In this document: piece after piece, positions 29,851 through 40,787 of the stretch
How the letters are laid out: every line of letters begins with the position of its first letter
How positions within the stretch are numbered: the stretch's first letter is position 1
Virus record (IMG/VR): IMGVR_UViG_3300028888_000049
Strand: one strand, 5' to 3'
Length of the DNA stretch: 64,000 nt
DNA from: a virus
Lineage: Duplodnaviria > Caudoviricetes
The notes under the pieces: generated by a model
Told to the model about the DNA's origin: nothing
Databases searched by the model: none
What the model saw: only the letters and a program-made list of their open reading frames with translations
Position numbers and translations under genes: made by a program

Positions 29851-30132
29851 TTAAAAATGAAAAAAATCTTTACATTTTGCATAAAAGTTATTATTTCCTT
29901 TTTTCTTCTTTTCTTCAGTTTTAGCTACTGGTTTCCAATGTACATGTGGAGTATCATTAGAATCTTTATTGGTAATAGATAATTTTGCAGCTTCTTCATC
30001 AGAAATATTATCTAATTCTTCAGAATTTTCAATCTCTTCTGCATTTTCCTGTTGTTTTATCTTTTTAACTTTATTTTTAGTAGCTTTTAACTTTTTAACT
30101 GTTTTTTCACTATCTAATACTTTTTTAACCAT
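29851..30132 (-). CDS. Hypothetical K/E-rich protein
   Basis: 93 aa with AAGGA RBS and a promoter variant at 30166. Confidence 0.6.
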   Translation of the reverse strand: MVKKVLDSEKTVKKLKATKNKVKKIKQQENAEEIENSEELDNISDEEAAKLSITNKDSNDTPHVHWKPVAKTEEKKKKGNNNFYAKCKDFFHF

Positions 30133-30212
30133 AAATATTATCCTTTTGTTGTTATAGATATTATATAGAATTATTTTTTATTTACTAATTTTAAAATTAT
30201 TTTTCAAGTTTT

Positions 30213-31703
30213 TTATAAAAACAATAATTGTGCAGTATTATTTTCATAAATAATAGCATTACAATGAGCCCAAGTAGTCATACCTTTTTGATTATAACTA
30301 AGTTTAAGCTTTGATAATGTACCAACCACAACTACATCTTCTTTTAATTCTGGTGAATGTGTATGACCTATAATACTATTACTAAAAGTTTTAGAAAAAG
30401 CATTTATACTACCATTAGCACCACTAATACCTGAATCACCATGTTCACTTAATTCAAAACCACCTACATTAAAACTTTCATTAAAATTCAGTAATTCAAC
30501 GTTATCTGGTAATTTATCATCTAAAATGTTACGATTCTGTGTGTATTTAACAAACAATTCTGCTCCGATAACAGCATTTTTAGAATCTTTAATGAATTCA
30601 CCCTTTTCTAACCATTTGACAATAAAATTATCATGATTAGAATTTACAATCTTAAAAGTAACATCTGGAAAACAGCTTGTAAAGAAATCTAATCTTTGTA
30701 ATACTGAAGATAATTCTGTTTTTAAATCTGAAGTATATTCTGTAGTATTTTTAACTTTAGATAAATGATTATTAAAATCATGATGCGAAATACTATTCCA
30801 AGAAGCTATATCATGAATCATAGCAAATTTTGGTTTTAATAAATCAATTTGACTCATTGTACTAGATAAAGCATCTTCATCTTCATCTGGTAAATGTAGA
30901 TCGCCCAATACCATTGCTAATGAGGATTTTAAATTAGTAACTTGTTGTTTACTATACTTTTTATTAAGATCAATAATACAATTATCTTTATATACTAAAT
31001 TTCTTACTTTATATCTAAGATCTGATTCTGAATACTCTAATAAAATAGCACCAAATGTATGATATTTTGCATCAATATAACCTGCTACTGTATCTTTATA
31101 ATCAATTTCACCCAAAGAACCAGTAGAACAAGCTACTCTATATGATGTATATTGTTTATACGGTAAAATTTTAAGATATTGTTTTGTAGAACCTACTACA
31201 ACGGTTTTATAAAATGTAGATAATTTATCCAAATTCATTAACGGATTTTTTTGTGTAATTGGAATAAGAAAATCTTTAATAATTGTATGCTCATCTTTAG
31301 TGAAGTTAACTTCTGTAACTAAATATGGTGATAATATTTCATATTCATATTTTGTAAAAGTTTTAGTACCTTTAGATGATTTACCCCATAAAATGTAAAG
31401 ATCAGCATTATTTACTTCAGCATAATATTTTAATGTAATAAAAAAATCAAGATTTAAGCTAGCACCATCACTTATATAAGAAACAACTGCTTTGTTTTTA
31501 TTACATACCTTTTGTATTTCATATCTAGAAAGTTTTAAAAAATCTTTTGCTTCTTTAACAAAATCATTCCAACTTCCAAAAATACTTTCAATTAAAGAAG
31601 ATGAATATTTTGGATTCATACTTCTATATTTAAGTCTTGAAAGTTCTTCTCTTGATAATTCACACAGATCATTATAATAGTCAATTATTTCTTGCTTATT
31701 CAT
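30213..31703 (-). CDS. Calcineurin-like metallophosphoesterase with N-terminal DNA-binding-like repeat
   Basis: GDLH, HD, NSNHD, HGD, GHTH motifs; N-terminal IESIFGSWNDF resembles the homing-endonuclease-associated repeat. Confidence 0.75.
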   Translation of the reverse strand: MNKQEIIDYYNDLCELSREELSRLKYRSMNPKYSSSLIESIFGSWNDFVKEAKDFLKLSRYEIQKVCNKNKAVVSYISDGASLNLDFFITLKYYAEVNNADLYILWGKSSKGTKTFTKYEYEILSPYLVTEVNFTKDEHTIIKDFLIPITQKNPLMNLDKLSTFYKTVVVGSTKQYLKILPYKQYTSYRVACSTGSLGEIDYKDTVAGYIDAKYHTFGAILLEYSESDLRYKVRNLVYKDNCIIDLNKKYSKQQVTNLKSSLAMVLGDLHLPDEDEDALSSTMSQIDLLKPKFAMIHDIASWNSISHHDFNNHLSKVKNTTEYTSDLKTELSSVLQRLDFFTSCFPDVTFKIVNSNHDNFIVKWLEKGEFIKDSKNAVIGAELFVKYTQNRNILDDKLPDNVELLNFNESFNVGGFELSEHGDSGISGANGSINAFSKTFSNSIIGHTHSPELKEDVVVVGTLSKLKLSYNQKGMTTWAHCNAIIYENNTAQLLFL

Positions 31704-32455
31704 TATTTCTTATCCTGTTTAACTACTTTACTTTTGCTCTTTGCTTTTTTGCTTTTAATATTTTTAGGATTAATTTTGAGCTCTTTTTTAATTTCTTCTT
31801 CTGTTTTGTAATAGCCTTTTTTAAAATATTCTTCATTAAATTTTCCGTATGCTTCATTAAAATCATATTTTTCAAATAAATTATATTCTAAAACGTAATC
31901 ACAAAGCTTATACTTTAAACAATCATCAGCATTTAAAAAGCCTCGTTCATCATTTTGTAATTCATTTAATTTATCTTGATTTAATGTCGTATTTTCTATA
32001 TAGATACTGTTTAATTGATCTGCGTGTTCTTTAGTTTGTTGCATAATCTTATCTATTTCACTATACTTAGTAGCAAAACTAGGAACAGTACCAAAATGAA
32101 TTAAATGTTGAGCATATCTAGTCATATATCTAATATCACCACAAATAGCAATAATAGAAGCTGCTGAATATGCCATACCAATTACATATGTCTCAATAGT
32201 AATATCATTAAACTTAGCAATACTCATTAATGACAGAATACTTTTCATTACTGAAACTTCTCCGCCTGGACTATTGATATAAATTTGGATTTTCTTTCCA
32301 AACATCATTGGATCATTAACACAAGTAGCTAAATCTCCAATTAGTAATGCTGTATTATCTGTTTCTAAATAATCTAATATAAAGACCTTATCTCCAAATA
32401 CATAATTTTTATAAAGACCAGGTCCCATTTGCATACTACTAGGTGAATTATTCAT
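31703..32455 (-). CDS. clpP: ClpP-like protease
   Basis: IYINSPGGEV, GMAYSAAS (catalytic Ser), LIH, FLNADDCLKYKLCD. Confidence 0.85.
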   Translation of the reverse strand: MNNSPSSMQMGPGLYKNYVFGDKVFILDYLETDNTALLIGDLATCVNDPMMFGKKIQIYINSPGGEVSVMKSILSLMSIAKFNDITIETYVIGMAYSAASIIAICGDIRYMTRYAQHLIHFGTVPSFATKYSEIDKIMQQTKEHADQLNSIYIENTTLNQDKLNELQNDERGFLNADDCLKYKLCDYVLEYNLFEKYDFNEAYGKFNEEYFKKGYYKTEEEIKKELKINPKNIKSKKAKSKSKVVKQDKK

Positions 32456-32596
32456 GCTGAATTAAATCCTTCTTTTTCAAAAACATATTATATAGAATTT
32501 ATTTTTTTCTATAAAATTCAAAAAAATATTTCTGTTTCTATTTAAAAATGTTCTAAAATGTAAGATTTATTTTCACTAATTAGGAAAAAATTTACT

Positions 32597-33187
32597 ATGT
32601 CTCAATTTCAAGAAGATTTTACACATCAATCTGAATTAAATAACAAAGCATTAGGTAATTCACAAATTATAAAAGATAAAAATACTTATAACGTACAAGT
32701 AACTCAAAATCCAGATGGTTCAAAAACTTTTACATTCTTAGATACAAATCTAGGGGATAAGATTGATAGAAATATGGGTGAACCTACTAATACTTTCTAC
32801 GTTATTCAGTATGTTGCTGAAATGATGGATCAAGACGAAGATTTCTTTAAAGCTCTTGAATATGCAGATAATAATGATAAAATTGAGTTTATTACATCTG
32901 CAAGAGGAAAAATCGTAGTAAATAGAAGTGATGTAGAAGATTATATTAATAAATATATCAGAAAAAGAGATCAAGAAACAAAAGATGAATTAAAATTAAA
33001 TGCTTTTAGAGCAAACAGACCTAATTATGGTGAAAATTGTCAATCTATTTACAAATGCTTAGAAGAGAGTATCAAAAAAGCAGACGATAGATATATTATA
33101 AAATGGAAAACTTCTAAAATTAAAATTGAAGAAAATGAATCTCTTTCACAGTTCTTAAAGAGAATGGATAAATTTTTTTGTGAATAA
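32597..33187 (+). CDS. Hypothetical protein
   Basis: 196 aa with promoter motif at 32550. Confidence 0.65.
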   Translation: MSQFQEDFTHQSELNNKALGNSQIIKDKNTYNVQVTQNPDGSKTFTFLDTNLGDKIDRNMGEPTNTFYVIQYVAEMMDQDEDFFKALEYADNNDKIEFITSARGKIVVNRSDVEDYINKYIRKRDQETKDELKLNAFRANRPNYGENCQSIYKCLEESIKKADDRYIIKWKTSKIKIEENESLSQFLKRMDKFFCE

Positions 33188-33206
33188 TATTAGAGAGATA
33201 TAACAG

Positions 33207-35966
33207 ATGAGTAAAACGTTAACACTTCGTTCTAAATTTTTAAATATTTTGAATGAATCTTTACAAAAAATTTCTATTGAAAATGGAATTAAAGTAGTTA
33301 AGAATCCATTTATGGAAGCTGATGGTAACTTTACTTCTGTTATTCAAACTAATAATACCTTTAATCCAAATGATATTAATTCTAACATTATGGTAGATGA
33401 TGAAACATTAAATCAAGATCCAGATTTAGAAGATAAAAAAGATACACTCATTAAAAAAGCAACAGAAACGATTACTCAATCATTAAAAATATCAGACGAA
33501 TTACAAAGTATTCTAAACCAAATAAATAAAATTAACAAAGATATGGGTAATGATACTTGGAAAATTAATGAAGAAGGTAATACTGCTACTCTCTTAAATA
33601 AAAATGCTAGAATTTTTAAACAAAATGACAATCTTTGTCTTTCTCATGATGGTGAAGTAGAATTATTTAATAATGTTGCTGAATTACATCAATGGTTAAA
33701 AGATAATGATTATCCATTACCTAAAAATATAAAATTACACGAAGATGTTGAGAATAAATCAGATTTTAGTGCAGCTAAATCACCTTTTGGTAAATGGGGA
33801 GAATGGTTAGACAATATTACAGATGAAAATCATAATAGAATTGGTGATAGAGTCATGTTACCTGGTGAAACAGAAGATATGACACCAGAAGAAAGAAAAG
33901 CTTTAGCAAATAAATTAGCAGCTGGAGATCATCAAAAACCAATTATGAAAATGGGTAAAGACGCAGAAAAAGAAATGCGTAATAAATTACCTAAAGACTC
34001 TACTAAATTAAATCAATATACATCAAAAGAATTAAATCATATTTTATATAATAAACCATTAGATAAAAATAAACTTGGTGATACTCTTAAAAAAGATGAA
34101 AGTTTAAATGAAGAAACAGGATTTTGGTATTTACAATATGAAGATATGAATCATGACCAAATCTTATATTTAAATGATGCTTGGAGAGAAGGTAACTTAC
34201 TTACTAATTCACTAGATCAAGCTTCTGCTTTTATGACTGAGGAAGATGCATTAAGAGAATTAGATGAAGTTTATCAGGAAAATAATACACAATATCCATT
34301 TAAACCTATTCAAGATGGTGCTGTAAATGAATGTTTTGGTACTTCAACTGGTTCTTTAGGATCAGCTGTTCAATTCTTAGGTGATAAAAAAAAAGACACT
34401 AGTCTAAATGAACAATTACTTGATGAAATAAGTTATTCTAGAGGCGCTAGAGATATCTATGGAAACATGGATACTAATTCTTTTATGCTTAATAACTTAA
34501 CAAGTGATGAACAACAACAATTAAAAAATTATCAAGATTCTAATATAAAAAATCGTATTAAAGCTGGCTTACAATTAAATGTAAATGCTCCTTCTCAAAT
34601 ATATACTCCTATTAAGAAAGATAGACCTTGGGGTTTACAGGATATGTTTGTTGGTAAAGATATTATAGATCATAAAACAAAAAGAATTACTAATGTTGAT
34701 ACATTTATTCAAAGATGTCAAAAATGGGTAGATCATCTTTCTGAAGAATTACGTTTCGACCCACATGAATTAATGAATGACCAAGGTGAATATACTGGTA
34801 GTACTTTTTTTAATACTAAAGGTAAAGACGAAAAAGCTCGTCAATTAGCTAAACAAAGAGCGGAAGCTTTTTATAATGATTTTCAAGCAGATTTTTGGCA
34901 ATGGGGTGATCCTGGAGCTAAAAGTGCATTATTTGGAAATACCTACTATAATACAGCTCAGACTATTCAAAATTTAGCTGTTGACAATAAATATAAATCT
35001 GTAGTTAATAAACTAAGAAATAGATTAAATAGCTATAAAAAAGGTGTTGATATTGGTAAAACTGCAAGAGCTAGTGCTAAAGCAGCTAATGTTGATACTG
35101 ATAATTTTACATCAGCTCAGTATATTAATCCAAAGACAAAAGATTTCTTTAATTTCTTAGATGATCTCGGAAATGCCAATGCTTTATTAAAAGATTATGA
35201 TTCGATGGTTGCAAAATGTAATAATCTTTTACAAACAAATATTGATAATTTATCAGATGATGATAAATATGATATTTCAAATAAGATTCTATCTACATTT
35301 TATGATGAAAATAACGATTTTCGTGATAATACACAAGCTATTGCTAGTCAAATTTCACCTAAAAATGGATCAAAAGAATCTGCTTTCTTAGATGACTTCG
35401 TTTATCCTTTATCAGATTTTGCTGATAGTTTAATAGTTAATATTGAAGATAATGATGATGAAGATTTAGGAGATCTTGATAAAGAAATAGATCCTAATGA
35501 ATTTAAGTATGAATCTACAAACTTGTATGATGCTTTTATGAAACAATTTAATGATGATAATAATATTCCTTTAAAAGAAGATGATTCACCTGCTGATTTT
35601 GCAACAGGTTTTAAACCAGGTATGGAAGCTGATAAAATAACAGCTGGAATAGATGCTCCAGATACAAATACAACTTCTTCTAGTTCATCAGTAGAAACTC
35701 CTGATGTAGGAAATGATAGTGATGTTTCTGTTGATAATGGAACACCTGATGTAGAATTTGGAGATGTAAATATAGGTGGTGGAAATTATGGTCCTGAAAA
35801 TGCTGATGATGAAGAAATGAATCAAATGCCTCAAATGGATATGCCTGAATACAGAATCGTTGATGTACTAGTTAATGATAAAGACGATAGTGATATTAAA
35901 GTAAAAGTACAAGATACAAAGACTGGTAAGACAGAAATTAAAAATTTATATGAAATTGACGTCTAA
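33207..35966 (+). CDS. Large acidic protein, probable processed internal head protein
   Basis: 919 aa with many LxE sites (ILNES, LHED, SLNEE, SLNEQLLDE, LKED). Confidence 0.6.
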   Translation: MSKTLTLRSKFLNILNESLQKISIENGIKVVKNPFMEADGNFTSVIQTNNTFNPNDINSNIMVDDETLNQDPDLEDKKDTLIKKATETITQSLKISDELQSILNQINKINKDMGNDTWKINEEGNTATLLNKNARIFKQNDNLCLSHDGEVELFNNVAELHQWLKDNDYPLPKNIKLHEDVENKSDFSAAKSPFGKWGEWLDNITDENHNRIGDRVMLPGETEDMTPEERKALANKLAAGDHQKPIMKMGKDAEKEMRNKLPKDSTKLNQYTSKELNHILYNKPLDKNKLGDTLKKDESLNEETGFWYLQYEDMNHDQILYLNDAWREGNLLTNSLDQASAFMTEEDALRELDEVYQENNTQYPFKPIQDGAVNECFGTSTGSLGSAVQFLGDKKKDTSLNEQLLDEISYSRGARDIYGNMDTNSFMLNNLTSDEQQQLKNYQDSNIKNRIKAGLQLNVNAPSQIYTPIKKDRPWGLQDMFVGKDIIDHKTKRITNVDTFIQRCQKWVDHLSEELRFDPHELMNDQGEYTGSTFFNTKGKDEKARQLAKQRAEAFYNDFQADFWQWGDPGAKSALFGNTYYNTAQTIQNLAVDNKYKSVVNKLRNRLNSYKKGVDIGKTARASAKAANVDTDNFTSAQYINPKTKDFFNFLDDLGNANALLKDYDSMVAKCNNLLQTNIDNLSDDDKYDISNKILSTFYDENNDFRDNTQAIASQISPKNGSKESAFLDDFVYPLSDFADSLIVNIEDNDDEDLGDLDKEIDPNEFKYESTNLYDAFMKQFNDDNNIPLKEDDSPADFATGFKPGMEADKITAGIDAPDTNTTSSSSSVETPDVGNDSDVSVDNGTPDVEFGDVNIGGGNYGPENADDEEMNQMPQMDMPEYRIVDVLVNDKDDSDIKVKVQDTKTGKTEIKNLYEIDV

Positions 35967-36280
35967 AGTTTTAATGTACTTTTTGTTTCTATTTCAGCTT
36001 TAATAACTCTTAAAAGATTATAAATATCTTTTCTAGAAAAACCTATTGATCTATTAGTAGGTACATATCTTATGTAAAAATATTTAGTATTAAAAGAAAC
36101 TTTAAAAAGTGGGCAACTATTCTTACACTTTCCATTTACAAAATCTAAAAGTACTGAATGTAGTGAAAAAAGGTTTCTGTATGTTCCTATATCAAGTTTA
36201 TAATTATTTATTGAAAGAAAATATGTTTTACCTAATGTGTATTTACACCATTCACTTTCAAGATTGATTGTTCCTAACAT
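35963..36280 (-). CDS. Hypothetical protein
   Basis: 105 aa with AAGG RBS and a promoter variant at 36427. Confidence 0.5.
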   Translation of the reverse strand: MLGTINLESEWCKYTLGKTYFLSINNYKLDIGTYRNLFSLHSVLLDFVNGKCKNSCPLFKVSFNTKYFYIRYVPTNRSIGFSRKDIYNLLRVIKAEIETKSTLKL

Positions 36281-36321
36281 TTTAAACCTTTCTTATGATA
36301 TAGTCGTTATTAACTGTATTA

Positions 36322-36673
36322 TTAAAGACTGTTTAAAGATTGTTTTAAAGACTTTTTAAATTTTGTTTTTTAAGTTTTTAAATTTATTTTTTTTGGAGTC
36401 TTTAAACGCGTCATATGGACAATTAATAGAATTATTCAAAATTTTGAATTTTTGAAATTATTTTTCCAAATAGTAAACGTTTTTTTAAATATTATTAAAA
36501 ATCAATAACTTATATTTACTATATATAAAATAAAGTTTATTATTAAATTTTAGTAAATACTAATTTTTAGAGAAAAAATAGACGTTTCTGTCTAAATATG
36601 TATAAATTTTAGTAAATAGACCTCAATTTTGACATTTTTTGAAAAGCATATATAATATATTAATATTATATAT
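36322..36673. repeat. AT-rich intergenic region with tandem and dispersed direct repeats and a palindrome
   Basis: TTAAAGA(C/T)T(G/T)T x3 at 36322-36355 with an inverted copy at 36397-36406; TAAATTTTAGTAAATA at 36544 and 36603; CATATATAATAT-ATTA-ATATTATATATG. Confidence 0.7.
36629..36656 (+). promoter_or_regulatory. Sigma70-like promoter
   Basis: TTGACA-N16-TATAAT. Confidence 0.5.
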
Positions 36674-36741
36674 GGTTTTTTTCATAACTTTTTAATAGTT
36701 CTAGTTAATAAGTATAAAATTCAATCAAAAGGTGATTTATA

Positions 36742-37299
36742 ATGAAAATTTACGGTGATCTATCTACTGCAGATAAATACTATGTAAAAATGGAAGATGG
36801 TAGTGTTATATGGACTAGTAATCTTACATTAGCTAAAAAATATGTTTCTAATGAAAGATATAAAGATTGGTTTGGAAAAGATATTTATGCTACTAATGAA
36901 GATCTTACAATAGTTAATAATAAACTTAAATTAAATTCTACATTAACATTTGGTGAAATTAATAACATTGAATTTTCAACAGTAATTAATACATTTTTAG
37001 ATCAAATCAATAATTATATTGAAGATACTTTAGAGACATATGCTAAACAAAACGGTTTTAAATCATTATTAGAAATGATTTCATGGTATAATTCTTCTAT
37101 TGAATTTTATTCTAATAAAGCTAAAGAAGCTGTTGAATATAGAGATACATTATATACATACAGACTTTCTTTCTTAGAAAGTGATTTTATGAATAAAGTA
37201 AAAGAAAAACAAGATAGTGATTTATCTGAATTATATACTAAGTTTATTGAAAACTTTCCATCTTTTGATAATGACGAAAGTGGATCAACAGAAGATTAA
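36742..37299 (+). CDS. Tail fibre assembly-like protein
   Basis: LETYAKQNGFKSLLEMISWYNS..F..KA..AVEYRD pattern seen in fibre-associated chaperones; lies upstream of fibre genes. Confidence 0.5.
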   Translation: MKIYGDLSTADKYYVKMEDGSVIWTSNLTLAKKYVSNERYKDWFGKDIYATNEDLTIVNNKLKLNSTLTFGEINNIEFSTVINTFLDQINNYIEDTLETYAKQNGFKSLLEMISWYNSSIEFYSNKAKEAVEYRDTLYTYRLSFLESDFMNKVKEKQDSDLSELYTKFIENFPSFDNDESGSTED

Positions 37300-37304
37300 T
37301 AAAA

Positions 37305-39038
37305 ATGCCTATTAGTAATACTGAAATTATTTATACATTGTTGGTTAATGAAACTTTAGAAAAAATTAAATCAATATGTGTTAATATAGATGCATTCAAT
37401 CCAGAAATACCAGATGAATTAAAAAATGGTACAAAATTTCGTATTGCTAATTTATATGGATTAAATGGAAAATATGAGCTTTATGGAACTACAGTAGATA
37501 GTATTACAAAAGTTGTTCCAGCTTCTGCTGTAGAAGATCAATTCAGGACATTTTTAAGTAGTAGAAATTTAAGTACAAAATATTCTACATTTGATTTAGA
37601 AGAAGTTTCTATTAAAAGTCTTACTCATTGGTATAATAATATTTCTGCATTTATTACAGGACGTTTAAAACTTATTAATGATAGTTTTGGACATGGACCT
37701 TTTGTTTTTTATGATAATTCAGGAGAAGTTACATATCAAGATATTAATTATGTAACACAGATGCCTGTAAATGTAGATTTTAATAAGACAGATATAGAAA
37801 CGGCTATTAAATGTTTATTAAATGATGTTTTTAATAATGCTAATGCATACTTATTACCTACTACAATAAGATTTCATTATGATCCAAATATGGTTACATT
37901 AACACTTAATGCTATACCATCTGATGCTAATGTTGTATTAACAAGTGAAGATCCACAATATGTTCAACAAGGAAATAATATTACTGTAGAACAATATACA
38001 TCTGTTTATTATACAGTAAGTAAATCTGGTTATTTAACAGAATCAAATAGAACATTAATGGGTATGACAAAAACATTAACTGTTAAATTAAGAAAATATT
38101 ATACAGTTATATTTACTACAAATCCATCAGGTGCTGAAATTACATTAACAATAAATGGTATTACTCAAGTAACAGATCGAGTAACTGTACCAGAAGGAAC
38201 GATAATTTATTATGTAGTATCTAAAACAGATTGTTTAACTGAAACTGGTACTATGACTGTAACTAAAGATGAAACTATTAATATTAGACTAAGACAAAAA
38301 GAAATAACGTCTTATCGTACTTTAAATACATTTATTACATATACTGTACCTGAAGATGTAACAAATATACAAGTAGATTGTGTAGCTAGTAAAGGTTATG
38401 GTGATAATGGTGGTAAAGGTGGAAGAGTACAATGTAATTTAGATGTTACTCCTAACGAAAAGTTATATTTATACATAGGTGGAATCCCAAGTAATAATAA
38501 TTCAGTAATCTATAATGCAGCTGATATACGTACTAATAATACTGGAGTTACAAATACAGCGTCTTTACAATCTAGACTTATTGTAGCAGGAGCTGGAGGT
38601 AATCAAGGTATAGGAGGAGGAGTAAATGCTCAAGGTACTGGTTATGCAGGTGGTGATGGAGGTAGTGAAACAGGTAAAACTGGTGCAGGTCAAGGAGGTT
38701 ATGGAGGTTCTCAAACATCAGGTGGTTCAGGTGGTCCTGGTGAAGCCTATGGTAGTAATGGTAATGCTGGTAGTTTTGGATTAGGAGGAGCTTGTATTTC
38801 TGGTTCTGGTGGATCAACTGGTGTTGGAGGTGCTGGCTGGTATGGTGGTGGATCAGGAGGATCATATGTATATGCTGCTGGAGGTGTACATCAATGGTGG
38901 AATGCTGGTGGAGGAGGCGGTGGTTCATCCTATATAAATCCAGATAGATGTTATGAGATTCAAGATAAATCTTTACATACCCAAGGTTATAATAATGGAA
39001 ACGGATATATAACTATAACCGATTATAGATATAAATAG
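37305..39038 (+). CDS. Tail/receptor-binding protein with PEGA-like repeats and a glycine-rich C-terminal domain
   Basis: TLTLNAIPSDANV..YTVSKSGY x2; GGKGG...LIVAGAGG...GGGGGSSY. Confidence 0.65.
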   Translation: MPISNTEIIYTLLVNETLEKIKSICVNIDAFNPEIPDELKNGTKFRIANLYGLNGKYELYGTTVDSITKVVPASAVEDQFRTFLSSRNLSTKYSTFDLEEVSIKSLTHWYNNISAFITGRLKLINDSFGHGPFVFYDNSGEVTYQDINYVTQMPVNVDFNKTDIETAIKCLLNDVFNNANAYLLPTTIRFHYDPNMVTLTLNAIPSDANVVLTSEDPQYVQQGNNITVEQYTSVYYTVSKSGYLTESNRTLMGMTKTLTVKLRKYYTVIFTTNPSGAEITLTINGITQVTDRVTVPEGTIIYYVVSKTDCLTETGTMTVTKDETINIRLRQKEITSYRTLNTFITYTVPEDVTNIQVDCVASKGYGDNGGKGGRVQCNLDVTPNEKLYLYIGGIPSNNNSVIYNAADIRTNNTGVTNTASLQSRLIVAGAGGNQGIGGGVNAQGTGYAGGDGGSETGKTGAGQGGYGGSQTSGGSGGPGEAYGSNGNAGSFGLGGACISGSGGSTGVGGAGWYGGGSGGSYVYAAGGVHQWWNAGGGGGGSSYINPDRCYEIQDKSLHTQGYNNGNGYITITDYRYK

Positions 39039-39040
39039 GA

Positions 39041-40762
39041 TTGATTATGATAATTGGAAATTTGACATATAGACAATTCATACAATATATTTCGAATTAT
39101 ATTACTGCTAACTGTAAAAATATTTATAGACCACAAACTCAAACAGCTAGTAGTACAACTGCAGTAACAGCTCCAGATAGACAAGAAGGAACTTACGTAA
39201 TTAATCCTCATACAGGTAACAATGATGAACATACTGTAGTTTTAGGTCCAGGTCTTTATGAATTAGCATTGGTTGGGGGCGGTGGTAATCGTCATGGAGA
39301 TGAATATTGGGGTAAATGGTTTTATTTTTATGGATCTTCTGGAGGTTCTGGATCAGGAATAATTGGTGACTTTTACTTATATGAAGATTGTAAAGTAAAG
39401 TTAAAATTCGGTAGTGGATCAAATCCAAGTACAATGGATTATATTAAATCTGAAAACTCTACTATGAGATTAGCTACGGCTGGTCAAGGAGGAGGTGGTG
39501 GTACTCGTTGGATTTTCAGCGGTGGTGATGTAGGTGGAGCTGCTGGTACTGCAACTTTTTCAGGTGGTACAGATATTATAATTACAGAAGATTTAGATTC
39601 ATTTAATGGTAACAGAGGTCAAAATGGTCAATGGTCTCCAGGTGGTAAAACAATTGGTCCTGTTTTATTCGGAGAAAGCACTTCATATCTTTGGGGTGAA
39701 GGAATAAGTTTATCTACAACAAATGCTGTTCAAAATGGTGGAGGTTATCTTAAGTTTATTAAGAAAGGAAGACATAAATTAGATATTCCTGATTATATGC
39801 GTGAAGGTGACTCAGTTACATTTAATGTTCAAGATGAAAATGATAATAAAAGAACTATTTTAGTAAGAGCTACGTGTAAAACCTCTGTTGAAGAAACAAC
39901 TGAAGAAAAAATAAATACTGATTTAATAAACTATTTAAATAATATAGGTATTACTAATTTAGATAGAAAGATTACTGCAGGTACTTATTTTGATTTTCTA
40001 TATGATTTATTAATCTTTTGTAACTGTCATTTAGGATTTTTAAGCAGTCAATTTGATACAGCAACTTATTTAGTTTATAGAGAAAACACTGATTTTGAAT
40101 ATAAGACTATTGGAGCAGATGCTGTAAATAAGTTAATAGAAGCAGATGATATTAATTATCTCTTAAAAAATCTTTTTGAATATATGAAAGGTAGTATTCG
40201 TTCAATTGTTTGTCAATATGATTACTTTTTAGTTAATTTACTTGAACAAGCTGAAGGTGAATGGAGCGGATATTTACAACCAGGTGTTTATAAGTTTTCA
40301 ATTTGTGGTGCAATAGGTAGTAATGGACAAGGTTATGCAGTTCATAAAAATGGTGGTGTAAGATGGGTTTATACTACTTATCCAGGTGGTGGTGGTTTTG
40401 CAGAATTTAGTGTATATATACCACAAGAAACACATGTTGAAATAAAATCGTGGCCAAGAGGAACTGGTAATTATGCTTATGTAAAAATAAATAACGTTGA
40501 ATTTGCAAGAGCATATCAAGGAGGTAATGGTGGTACTGGTGTATGGGCTGGAAATGGTGGTGGAGGTTCAGCATGGATTATAGATGCTGCTCAAGCAAGA
40601 CTTCTTGGATATCCTTTAAAAGGTTCTAGAACTACAGTTTCTGGTATCGGAGGAGCTGGTTCTTCAGTATGTCCTTATGGTAATTGGGGAAGTATGATAA
40701 CACCATCAGGTGGATGTAGAGTTGAATACGTACGTAGAGATGAAAAAGCATATCCAGTATAA
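39041..40762 (+). CDS. Glycine-rich tail-associated protein (two Gly-rich domains)
   Basis: LGPGLYELALVGGGG and LQPGVYKFSICGA..GGGG domains; the central region resembles the N-terminus of the upstream gene. Confidence 0.6.
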   Translation: MIMIIGNLTYRQFIQYISNYITANCKNIYRPQTQTASSTTAVTAPDRQEGTYVINPHTGNNDEHTVVLGPGLYELALVGGGGNRHGDEYWGKWFYFYGSSGGSGSGIIGDFYLYEDCKVKLKFGSGSNPSTMDYIKSENSTMRLATAGQGGGGGTRWIFSGGDVGGAAGTATFSGGTDIIITEDLDSFNGNRGQNGQWSPGGKTIGPVLFGESTSYLWGEGISLSTTNAVQNGGGYLKFIKKGRHKLDIPDYMREGDSVTFNVQDENDNKRTILVRATCKTSVEETTEEKINTDLINYLNNIGITNLDRKITAGTYFDFLYDLLIFCNCHLGFLSSQFDTATYLVYRENTDFEYKTIGADAVNKLIEADDINYLLKNLFEYMKGSIRSIVCQYDYFLVNLLEQAEGEWSGYLQPGVYKFSICGAIGSNGQGYAVHKNGGVRWVYTTYPGGGGFAEFSVYIPQETHVEIKSWPRGTGNYAYVKINNVEFARAYQGGNGGTGVWAGNGGGGSAWIIDAAQARLLGYPLKGSRTTVSGIGGAGSSVCPYGNWGSMITPSGGCRVEYVRRDEKAYPV

Positions 40763-40787
40763 TATCTAACAAAAAGGAGAATAATAA

